Shown here: positions 46,770-58,822 of the stretch, in pieces
How positions within the stretch are numbered: position 1 is the stretch's first letter
Layout of the letters: each line of letters begins with the position of its first letter
The notes under the pieces: model-generated
Databases searched by the model: none
What the model was told of the DNA's origin: nothing
Seen by the model: the letters and a program-made list of their open reading frames with translations, nothing else
Origin: Eledone cirrhosa
Taxonomy: Eukaryota
Direction: 5' to 3'
Length of the DNA: 64,000 bases
Assembly (NCBI GenBank): GCA_964016885.1
Contig: OZ024741.1
Span: 409,696,001-409,760,000 of the forward strand
Translations under genes and position numbers: made by a program

Positions 46770-49700
46770 TAAAGGAAGGGATGAACAACGGAGCCAACAC
46801 CAGAGTAAAGGACAGCAACGTCGCGAGTACTGGGCAACCTCTCTAATGATTTTTGAGGCAAGCCAGCACACTGGCAGCATTGCCTCGGGTGATGGCGAGG
46901 CTGATGCGCTGAAACAGCCAAGCACCCTCGCGAGATTCGCCAGTCACTTCTATAGGCGAGCCGCCAGTGAGGAAAGGAACCTCGCAGTCAGCAGCCCGAC
47001 TCCCTCAAACGTCTCGAAAGTCACAGGCTGAAAAATATAGCTGACCGACAGAGCAGAGTATTTGAGGGTCTTACTCCGCTTGGCTGCAGAAGCAGTGGTT
47101 CTCGTCCTAACCGCAGCATCCAGGATGTGGGAAAGAGCAAAGGAGTCACTAACAGTGACGTCCCAGACATGGCACCTGCCTCTCGACCAGGGGCACAGGG
47201 TAAGGCCGTCAGGTCTTTTGTCGTCACTTCTGGACAACCAAGATGGTTCCAAGACTGAGGGGATTTTCGCCCAGGCCAAATCTCTCTTCAGAATGAGGTT
47301 TAGCTCCGTGCGTCGCGCGAAGCGGCCGGCATTCAGGCGGCAAGAAAGAGAGTGGAGGCCTGTAGAGTCGATGAGTTTGCCGCATCGGCACCTCAAACCC
47401 ATGCAGACGTCAGCTCCCACTCTGAGGGCGATGGAGACACGAAGTTCGTCCAGGCTCAGTAGGCCACCAACGTTGGCCACGGGTAGGGCATCGACCTAGT
47501 CGCCTGTTGGAACTAATCCATGTTGGAGTGGAGAGGATGCTGCTCACCAGGGTGGAGCAAAAGAAGCAGGGGAGAGAGAGGGACGAACACTTACGAAGAC
47601 CAAGACCCTCCAAATCGCTTGGGCAACGCAGCCTGATCGCGGGACTCCGGAGAGAGTCTAACATTGACCAGACACTCGAGTCTCTCGAAGATTAGGTCGT
47701 CGAAGCGTTGGAGGCATGACGGAAATCTGTGAGAGGAGCTGACCCTGAGCAGATACAGAAGCTTAGGAATAGACAGGTAGTTCCTGAGTATGAAGAAACC
47801 TTGATGGGGTTCGATATCTTCAATATTCCTCAGCAGCTGCTCAAGGCCAACCATCTTCGATTGGATGGTTGACTCGAAAGCCAGGTCTGTGATCGGGGCT
47901 CCTAAGGAGCACCAAGCCGACGGGGGAGGGACCGTGATGGAAGGGAAGGACTCTGCGAACAGGTCGATCAGCTGTTGGTTTTGAGATGCCGGGTGGTTGA
48001 GGATCCAGAGCTCACATTTGGAGCTATTGATCTGGAAACCCCGGCGGCCAAGCTCCTCCACCATCCTGTTGGCAGTGGAGAGAACCATATCCTGAGTTCT
48101 CCCCAAACAGGCGCCGTCGAGGTACCAGACATTGTGGTCCAACTCAGCCCCCATCTTGGTGACGTCATCAATGCCCAGTGCAAACAGTGCGGGCCCAAGT
48201 TGGTCACCCTGTTGGACTCCTGAGGCAGAGGTGATGATCTAGTCACCGAAAGAGAGGTAGGAGGGCTCCCGATAAGCCTGCCAAGCAAAGTGGTAGAGTT
48301 GTGGGACCCTCTCTCTTATTGAGCCGAGGACGATGTCGCGGCTGACGGAATTGAAGGCATTCCTGAGGTCAAGTTTGAGGATGACCTTGGGGGACGAAAA
48401 GGGCAAGTTGGCAAATGCTCTGGCAGCGTGGACAGCAACCTCACATCCCAACCTGGTACCCACCCCCAGCAGGATGGGGGAAAATTCCTCCGCCAGTGAG
48501 TCGGAGACCAACAGCAAACACGCCCTTGCAGTGAGGCGGCGAAGAGTGCAGCCAACCACAATGAGGCGCAGGTCCCTGTTGGGCTTGGTGAGACCAAATA
48601 GTTTCGCACCCAAGAACAGTGGGCAGATGAACGGGAGAACGTTCACTGAAGAGAACTGATTCACAAACCGAGTCAGACTCTCCAAAAGCTCGAGTCCGGC
48701 GTCACCCGCCGATAAGGAGATACCATCCTTGAGGTGTTGAGGACGAAGGCCGTCAATTCCCGCACCTGACCCAGCGGGGAAGGATGAAATCGCCTTTCTG
48801 ATGATATGGGTGGTGTAAACCGGTCTCAAGTATTCTGGTGGTTCGGGCTAGTGTAGCTGATCATCTGGGGGTGCCGATGGGTGCTTCTCTTTTAGTCGCT
48901 CAAGAGAATCAGAGTTGCACGGAGCAAGGGAGGACAGAGAAGAGAGGAGACGGACAGCCCCTTTAATGAACAATTCGCTGAATTTGGCATTGACTGCTCG
49001 CTTGAGGTATATTGGTTGTCTGATGGTGGACACCGAGCTCGGTGTAGGACTGAGATGAAACGTGGTTGGGTTGACTCAAACAGCTGGAACTGACGCTTCA
49101 GAGAGGATGTGAGGGAACCCGAGTTCGCATTGTGCACGTGAAGAGAGATGAGGGGAAACAAAAACAACTTCTGCCAGTCAGACCTATTGTTGGACGAGCA
49201 AACGTTTTCCAGTAAATTAGAGAGGGCACGTGCAAAGCTATTCCGAGCTCCCATAGGGATCCGGTTAACGAGGTTTGATTTGGAGAAGCCCTGGAGGGCT
49301 GTAGCAAAGTCGTCGGTAGAGAGTTGGTCATCAAAGCGTGGGGCAACCCCACGGAATACGTCGGAGCTGAAGTGGCACCATTTACAGGTCCAGTGTTGAA
49401 GCCTTTTGGCTTGAGCTTTGGTGATGCCGACACAGCTTCTGTGGTAGCTTGCGTGGCATAGGTGACATTTAATTGTCTTTAAGGACCGGCTAGTGCGGGC
49501 ACAGAGAGCGCAATCAGGTGGTGGGCTAGCAGCAGCCGGCAGTAGAGGGCCAGCGTTGGAATTCGGTGGAGGGAGTGAGTCAGTAAAGGAAACAGCAGTG
49601 GTTCTAACGGTGGGACTAGAGCGGAGGTTGGGTGGTGAGCTAACAGTTGTAGGGGTGGTATGGTTGGCCGGGTTGGATTCGTTCGGAATCTGCCGTGAAG

Positions 49701-50200
49701 GGGAGGAGGGGGTAGGTCGGAGCAAGTTAGCTCCTCTGGTGCGTGCCGCAGTTGGTGGAGAATGAGAGGTCGGAGGCTGACCGTTTGTCACATAGTCATT
49801 CCACCAAGCAGGTCTCTTGGTCGTTCGACGCATGCCACCGCCACCTAGAGTGGACTAGGTTAAAGTGGTGGCAACTTTAGCAATCGGCAATCGCCGGTGA
49901 TAGTTCGGTCGAAACATCGGGCCACCGACGGGTTGAACGAATACCTAGGTGGGCTGTGCGCGAGGACGAAGTAAGGGGTGAGCAAGGAGAGGGATGGAAT
50001 GTGGATAAGGGGTGAGAAGATTATGAGTGCGTAGAGAGGAGTGTGGTCATGTGAGAGGCAGATAAATACAGTGGGAGAGAAAGAGCACTGAACATGCAAA
50101 GAGAAGAAAAATAAAAACGCTAGAAATACAAAATCTAAGGCTGTGAGTTTGCGAAATTGTGAGTTTGTGTGAAAAAAAAACAAAAAAAAAAACACATGGG
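46770..50200 (-). mobile_element. CRE-clade non-LTR retrotransposon (PHD finger, RT, CCHC-like motif, RLE), near full length, frameshifted
   Basis: PHD CALC..KCHLCHASYHRSC..WTCKWC; RT GSGAGIDGLRPQHL, LKLDLRNAFNSVSR, GVQQGD.LGP, WYLD; QAALP.RFGG.GL; CRCG..GLHSLSC; RLE KRPDGLTLCPW..WDVTV..KTLKY. Confidence 0.9.
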
Positions 50201-51724
50201 CAAGACTTCAGTAAAATCAAAACCTGAATGTTGGTGATACGAGATGTTTACAATTACAGAGTGATTACATTACTGGTCCTGAATTCTATCAAGTGGTCAA
50301 AGCTTCTAATTCTGTGAAATAGAATGGAAGTATGGATTGACCTTTCAGTCACACCTGACTATAAATAGATTCAGGTTATTTCAAGAAGGAGATGGGATGG
50401 TGCCATGTGAAATCTCTTCTTGTGAAGCTAGTGGTGGTTCCTCGCCATTTATAATTATTTATTTTAATTTTATGTTTGGGGGGTTTGTTTTTGAAAAATT
50501 GTAAGTGTACGTTAAGGAGGAATGTATAATTGTGTGATATAATTGCTCCAGGTTGGTTCCCTGCGTTGTTGCCACAACCAATCCTTTAACATTTTTTTCC
50601 CCCCGAAGATCTGTTATTCCTCTCCGTAGATTGTAAATGGTAAAATCCGTTCGAATGTCTCTGGGAGTTAAATGATCCAACGGAATGGTAAAATCCAGTT
50701 CCTTGAAGAATATTTTGAAGTTGTCTCAGACAAAGCATACACTAATGCGAAAAAATGGAAAAGTTGAAAATGTTTACCTCGTTTGGTGTCGAATTTGTAC
50801 ACACGCTTGTTTTCCTAAATTTCAAATATACTTGTTTTTCAATCCACTCAATGGTCCGATGGTTTATTTTTGAAATGTTAACATCGAAGCTGCTGTTAAA
50901 CTTTCTATTTAAGATAGCAATTGTTGTCAGAGTCGTTTAACTCAGTGGCTAAGAGCGCACAGTGGAATTTCAGAGGTACGGAGTTCCCTCCCCCCCCCCC
51001 CCCCGTAATGGACCCTAACTTGCAATCAGTATTGAATTTTGTTCGATATTTACATCAATTTGTTAAAAATTAAAAATATCAACTCATCAATGTATATGTA
51101 TGTATACATATATGTACATGTATATGTGTACATAATTATGGAGATAACGTTCAGATGAATAATAAATTGTGGAATTTCCTAGCTTTCGTCCGGGTAAGGT
51201 TAAGTAGGCTTTTTGCTGTGTTACCTTAGGTTTATAAGGACCATTTAAGTCAATATTTCAGTGATTGATTTCTTGTTTTTGGTGGGTAGTCGCACGTGGT
51301 TGTACGTGTTGCTTATGTTGACTTAACTGGAGCCCTAAAAAAACCCGTCCGGCAGGGACGGCTGCTGAAAGATCGCTGCTTTCACCCTTAACGGTGAAAG
51401 CAGCGATTCTTTGCTTAAACTTTAATCTGTTATTTTAATAAATATTTGCTCTAGGGTTCTTATATATTTGATATATATTTATCCTTATCGAGCCCTCTTT
51501 GGATTTTAGTCTTCACATTTATTATTATTACTATATATATATATTAATAAAAGGAATTCCAACTTTGTCTGATTAACTCGTCTTATTTACAATCCTTTAA
51601 AATTATAATGATATTATAATGAAATAGTATAGTAGAATATTAAATGTTAATTGAACAAGTACTTTCAAGCTTCGCAATCGTGAGGTTCATATTCAGTGGT
51701 GACAGTTAAGTTTGCAATTTTCTT

Positions 51725-51827
<103 letters not shown>

Positions 51828-51929
51828 AATTATATATATATACGTATACTTACACATGAACTACTGACCAAATAATTTTTGGTACCAATGAGTTAAAGAC
51901 ATCTGTCAAATCAATTAGTGGTGAAGGAG

Positions 51930-51959
<30 letters not shown>

Positions 51960-51967
<8 letters not shown>

Positions 51968-52391
51968 ATATTTGGGGAGGGTCATATTTGCGTAATATTG
52001 CCAGAATTAATAACAGAACACACTCACTGTTTGGTTGGTTTTCGCTTCTCGCTGTCTTTTATATATATATATCTGCGATCTAACTTACTCGGTCCTCAAT
52101 GTTGCCATTGACTGACCGGCGGTCAAAAATAATACAGATACAATATAGACAAACACATATATATATAGTTTACATATGTAAACTATATATATATGTGTTT
52201 GTCTATATTGTATCTGTATTATTTTTGACCGCCGGTCAGTCAATGGCAACATTGAGGACCGAGTAAGTTAGATCGCAGATATATATATATAAAAGACAGC
52301 GAGAAGCGAAAACCAACCAAACAGTGAGTGTGTTCTGTTATTAATTCTGGCAATATTACGCAAATATGACCCTCCCCAAATATAACAATAT
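51960..52391. repeat. perfect spacerless palindrome, ~216-bp arms
   Basis: centre tacat|atgta at 52175/52176; arms match out to tattgttata/tataacaata. Confidence 0.92.
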
Positions 52392-52445
52392 CTGTTTCGA
52401 CACACGATTTCATATAAAAAACCTCGCAAAACTAATTCATCGCCG

Positions 52446-52714
<269 letters not shown>

Positions 52715-52839
52715 TAACGAAGGAAGTGTGGTAAGGAACCAGGTGGACCATAACGCACCAGAGTACTCAATACTTAGAGTAGTAGAGTGGGTAATAGGAA
52801 AATATTCAAGACCCGACGGCAGAGCTCGTTGCCGTTTCG

Positions 52840-55820
52840 ATCATCATTTTACGTCCGCTTTTCCATGCTTGCAAGGGTGAGACGGGTCCTATTCAGCACA
52901 GCATCTCTCCACTTCTCACGGTCCTTCATCATCTCCTCCGTGAGCTTCAGTGATCTGAGGTCTGCTCTCACCACCCCCGCCCATGTTTTTCGTGGTCTTC
53001 CTCTACTACGTCTTCTCTCAACTGGTATTTCTTGGCACTTCTTCACCCATCGGTCATCCTCCATGCGCATCACATGTCCATACCATCTCAGTATCCTCTC
53101 CCGCACACTATAATTTATCCCTCTCAGAAAGTTTCTCTCTCAACACATCCATGCTGGGTCGTTGACGCACATTGACATTGCACATCCAACGGAGCATACT
53201 TGCCTCATTTCTCTCCAGCCGTACTCTCCATATCCTCTACAATGCAGCATCGCGCTCCTCACACAGGCATCATATAACCGGCCTTTCGTACGCAGGGAGA
53301 AACCCTTCTTCGTCAGCAGCTCCCTAAACTTCTTCCAACCCGTCCTTATTCTAGATACTATGGCCTCGGAACACCGCCCTCCCATGCTAATCTGATCACC
53401 TAGGTACCGTAAACTTTCAACCACTTCTATAGCACCCGCCTGCATTTGAAAAATGTGTCTATCAATGCGACTTCTACTGTCAAATTTCCCTGTACATCTA
53501 CTGCATACGTATTAATCCCTACCTGTTAGTTTGCCTGCTATCCCACTACATCTCTTGTGTACCCAAGATCTGCATTGTGGACATTTTATAGAATTTATGC
53601 CAGTTCCTTTTCTGCATATCGAATATGGCCATTTCCCTGACGGAATCAGAGTTTTGTCCTCTTTTCTACTCATCAACACTTTTGTCTTAGCTAGGTTAAC
53701 TTTCAGTCCTCTTGATTCCAACTGCTGTTTCCATAGCCAGAATTTATTCTCTAGCTCCTCTACTGATTCTGCTATAAGAACCAGATCGTCAGCATAGAGA
53801 AGTTCCCATGGACAGCCAGTCTTATACTCCTCTGTTATGGCTTGGAGGACTATAATGAACAAGAGCGGGCTGAGGACCGAACCCTGATGTACTCCTACTT
53901 GTATCTGGAATTCCTCACTAAACTCCATTCCTACTCTCACTTTATTGACAGCACCTCTGTACAAAGCTTGCACTGTCCTCACAAGCCATTCCTCAACACC
54001 TAGTTTCATTAGGGACCACAAGATGACAGATCGGGGTACCCTATGAAAGGCCTTCTCTAGGTCAACAAAAGTTAAGTATAGTGGCTTATTCTTCTCTAAG
54101 AACCTCTCTTGTAATTGTTTCACCAAGAAGAGGGCATCTGTTGTACTTTTCCCAGACACAAAACCAAACTGCATCTCATCTAGTTTGACCCTTTCTCTAA
54201 TTAGTTGCGCTAATATCCTTTCTGCCACTTTCATAACCTGATCCATCAGTTTTATGCCCCTATAATTACTCCTCTCCAGAGCGTCCCCTTTACCTTTGTA
54301 GCAATTTATGAGAATACTGCTGTACCAGTCTTTGGGTATGACACCACCATATATAGCTTGATTGATGATGCGTGCAACCAGTTTAGTGCCTACGTCCCCT
54401 GATGCTTTCAACATCTCAGCAACTATCCCCGACGGTCCAGCGGCCTTACCATTTTTCATTTCCTTAATCGCCTCTTGGACCCTATATTCGTCAATCTCAA
54501 TAGCTGGTCCCTCTGTCGGATCTACTGAGGGTAATTTCTCTCTCTCCCATTCGTTCTCCACATTCATCAGTCTCTCGTAATTACATTTCCAGGCCTCCTT
54601 TTTCTGATCATTCGTGACACTAAGTACACCGGCATCATTCCAGACACATTTATCTCCAACAACATCCTGATTTGCATTGACACACTGCCTTGCAATGTGG
54701 AACACTGCACGTCTCTGATCTTTCCGTCGCAGAACATTGGCAAACCTCCTACTCTCAGCCTCCCTGCGTGCTAAGTACACCTGACGTCTAGCTTCTCTCT
54801 TAGCGGCTGTATATCCTTCTCTACTCCCACCCTTTTCCCAAGCCTTCCATGCTAGTCTTTTGTCTCTAAAGGCCCTATCTACCGTGCTGTTCCACCACCA
54901 GGTCACTCTCTGTCTGGTTGGAGCTCTGCTCCAGCTACAAGTTTCATCACGTAAGAAATTCCAGTTATTATCTATGTCATACGACTCTAAATCGTCTTCT
55001 TTTTCGTCATACACATCTTGAAGGGCTTTCCTAAATTTGTATTTTAATGAAAGGTATTTTAGCTTCCAGACCTTTCTTCTCCACACCTTCCTGTATATCT
55101 CATTCCGTCTCTTGCTTACTGAGATATCACTAACGACTAACCTATGCTGTGGGGTACATTCTTCCCCGGGGTATGCCTTGTATTTTACACCATCTGCCTG
55201 TCCCGCTGCCTAACTAGCAAGAAGTCAATCTGGCTTATGGCCCGCCTGATTTGTAGGTTATTAGGTGGTTGGCAGGTTTCTGGAAGTTAGACTTGCAAAT
55301 GGTTAGTGCACTTGCATTACAACATTCAAGAAGTCTCACTCCTTCTTCATTTCTTGAGTCTAACCGTGCCCACCATGTACCCCAGTGTAACCATCCAGGA
55401 GCTGTCCAACATGACCATTGAAGTCCCCGGCTAGCATAACGATGTCTCCGTCCTCTGTCATTGCGGCTGTTTGTAAAAGTTGCTCGTAAAAGCAGTCTTT
55501 CTCATCTTTGCCTAGGCCTGCCTGGGGAGCATAGGCAGAGATGATTGTCAGTAGTCTCTTGCCCAAGTTTAATTATTCTATTACTAACTCTAACTACCTC
55601 TATTGTCTTATCGATCCATCTCTCAGTCAGGAAAATGCCTACTCCCCCTAACCCATCATCATTACCCACCCAGAAAAGCTTATAACTACGATGTTTGCCT
55701 GCCATTAGTCTCGCAGAGGCACCTCTCCATCTCACCCCTTGCACGCAGCACACATCCACATGCCTTCTCTCCAGCATCTCCGCTATTTCAGCAGATCTAC
55801 CTGTGAGAGTGCCAACATTG
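52840..55820 (-). mobile_element. near-full-length RTE LINE (APE, RT, PHD-like finger), degenerate
   Basis: NVGTL..VCCVQ..WRG, YAPQ, GDFNGHVG; GKAAGPSG, NYRGIKL, FVDLEKAF, GVHQGSVLSP, LYADD, GKWP.SIC..WVHKRC; WYGHVMRM; (GAT)n-type tail at ~52840. Confidence 0.92.
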
Positions 55821-56659
55821 TTGCAACTCTGAGATGCGACGTCTTCATATTCTTGTTCCTTTTCCTGTAGTGCGATCGCTTGATGACCTGTCAGGAGGTT
55901 CTCGCACATGGCCGCACCAGCCACCCCACTACCATGCGCAGCCCTAACATGGTTAGTGTTATTGCTGTTTACGCAGTTGTTGCAATTCTCATTTGTTGTG
56001 CTCATAGTTTTTGGCAGTAGTATATATACTGGTTGGATGCCCTTCCTAACACCAGCACCACTTTACAGCATGGACTGGGTGCTTTTATTCATGTCACCAG
56101 CACTAGAGAGGATGTCTTACTGGATTCATGGGCCCTCTCTACCACTCCATTTTACAGCATGGTCATAACAATAATAACAATACTATTAATAATTATATTA
56201 ATTAATTCTATCGTGCAATGCCTGTGCGTGAAGAATATTTTTAAAGTGAGGGAAGACTGTGCACTGAGCCAATCCCACTCTCTGAGCGACAGTAGCTATA
56301 ACCCGAAAAGAAGAAAAGATCAACATCATCGGTAACTACTGAGCCGCAGGTTTATGTCGGAGTTATCCCAGTTTCCTGAGATGCCTTCTCCTAGAAGAAT
56401 GCCCTGACAAGGGCTAGGGGTCCTTCACTCCCAGTGGTTTAACTGCGCGACTGGGTATCCCGCCCGATTATTTCTATGTCCCCGCGCAAAAAAAACCTCA
56501 CTTATTGACACTCATATGCACGACACGTATATACACACCCACACCCACAGACACACACACACGCACACACACACCAACACTGATGCATACAAACACACAC
56601 ACGCCACTCACTTACACACAGACACACACATATACATATATTACCGTCATTATTGATAC

Positions 56660-56820
56660 ACGATCATGCTTTGATGCATAGAGTTACGGCCCTTGCTATT
56701 CTGAGTTCAAATCCCGCCGAGGTTAACTTTGCCTTTCATCCTTACGGGGTCGATAAAATAAAGTACCAGTAATGTACTGGTTAATTTCTGGCCTTGTGCC
56801 AATAGTAGAAACAATTATTG
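56660..56820 (+). mobile_element. tRNA-derived SINE (family A), 5'-truncated
   Basis: flanked by duplicated attattgatacacgatcatg. Confidence 0.85.
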
Positions 56821-57989
56821 ATACACGATCATGTCAACTGTTGGCTTTCGAAAATGTTCGTATAATTGAAGCTGTGTGTTACTGTTCAGTATTATGGTGG
56901 ATTGGCAGTATCGGTAGAGGGTCGGACGCCATGCTTTGACGCATAGTTACGGCCCTTTACGGTCTGAGTTCAAATCCCGCCGAGGTTATGATGGTGGTGG
57001 TGGTAGTGATAGTGATATATATATATATATATCACTAAGTATATGTTTACCCTAAGTATATATATTTTGATCATCATCATCGTTTAATGTCCATCTTCAA
57101 TACCACTGTCAGACATCTTAGGGGTCTTTATTATAGCCCCAGTTCCACCCAATGCTCGTGGGTAGGGGTCTTTACCATAGCCCTAGGCTTGTTCTTGTCA
57201 CACTCAGTGTCATGTTGATTCATCTCAGGGATTACATTAAGAGTACTTGTGTATGTGGAATACTCAGCCACTTATATATCAAGTTACAATTGAATAACTG
57301 AATACTCCTCGTGGAAAACGACGGAGGGTCTGTCATCATCATCCCCACTCCAGCCATCATCACTATCACCACCATCATCATCATTATTACTACCATCACC
57401 ACCACCTCCACCACTACTACCACCATCATCATGTGTATATGACAATATTGTGGTTTAACCAATGAAACAACAGTTAATATCATGTGGTCAAATTCAACCA
57501 ATCAACAATCGTCTACTTTTCGTTTTTCAGATAATTTTCCAACATGTCTGCTTGTATTTGTTTCTATCGTCAATACAAACAATTATAGTCGCTATAACAT
57601 GGTTTAGTCAATAAAAATCAGGTAAATATATATTTTTAACTCTCCACTCTCTCCTCTTGTCTTCTATAAACAATTATATTGCCACCATTATATCTGTGTT
57701 GTTATTTTATAATCCTTATTTTGTTGCATTATTAATTACGGCCAGGAGCGTTCTGTCTTTTCTACAAATTAATCTGAATAATTTCTCTTTAAATGTTTTC
57801 ATATTTCAGTCTTCACCTGTACACCTATATTTGTACAGGTGTACAGTATTTCAGTTTATGGTCGCGATCAAAGCAATCCTTGCTTTTGTGTTTAAATATT
57901 ACCATGATGATGTATACATCGTTGTTAATTTAATACCCTGCATTTTGTGTGTATATATATATATATATATATATGTGTGTATATATATA

Positions 57990-58042
<53 letters not shown>

Positions 58043-58084
58043 ATTGTATTATTGACACGATTGTAATGTTCCTGGTACGAGTTG

Positions 58085-58163
<79 letters not shown>

Positions 58164-58822
58164 GCAACTCGTACCAGGAACATTACAGTCGTGTCAATAA
58201 TAGAACACACACACACGCGTGTGTATTCCCCTAAACACCAATAGCTTTAAGATCAACCACTCATCCCACTCTTTATATTTCATATGACTGGTATGTGGAC
58301 TTAATCTGTCGCACGATTTAACACCACCAGCTGGTCATTGGGTGTATTTAGCAGTGTCCAAAACCTTTGTTTGGTTAAATTGAAGTGTTACAGGACTTGC
58401 TCAGCCAGCTGTGAATTTTGAGGAGCCAACCACAGACAAGATTTCTGCTACGCAAACCAAGGCAAACGTCTCAAAAGATGCCACAGACTTCATAAGATCT
58501 AAAGAGCCATCATGCTTTCTTGGAAGAAATAAGAAGGGAGGTCGACTCTGATGCAGGCATTTGAACTGACCAGTGTAGGACTTACCTAGAAGCTATAGCT
58601 TAGGACCACACACTCTTTTGGGGGACTTATTTAAAAAAAAAATTTATATAAATCATCATCATCGTTTAACATCCATTTCCCCGCTAGCATGGGTTAGACC
58701 AGGTGTCCTGTTGTGACCAATGTCAGGTGACCGTGTTTTGCTCATACACAACTGATTCTGGCTTGTTTTCTACAGCTGGATGCCCTTCCTATATTACATA
58801 TATTTAATTTTGTAAATAATAA

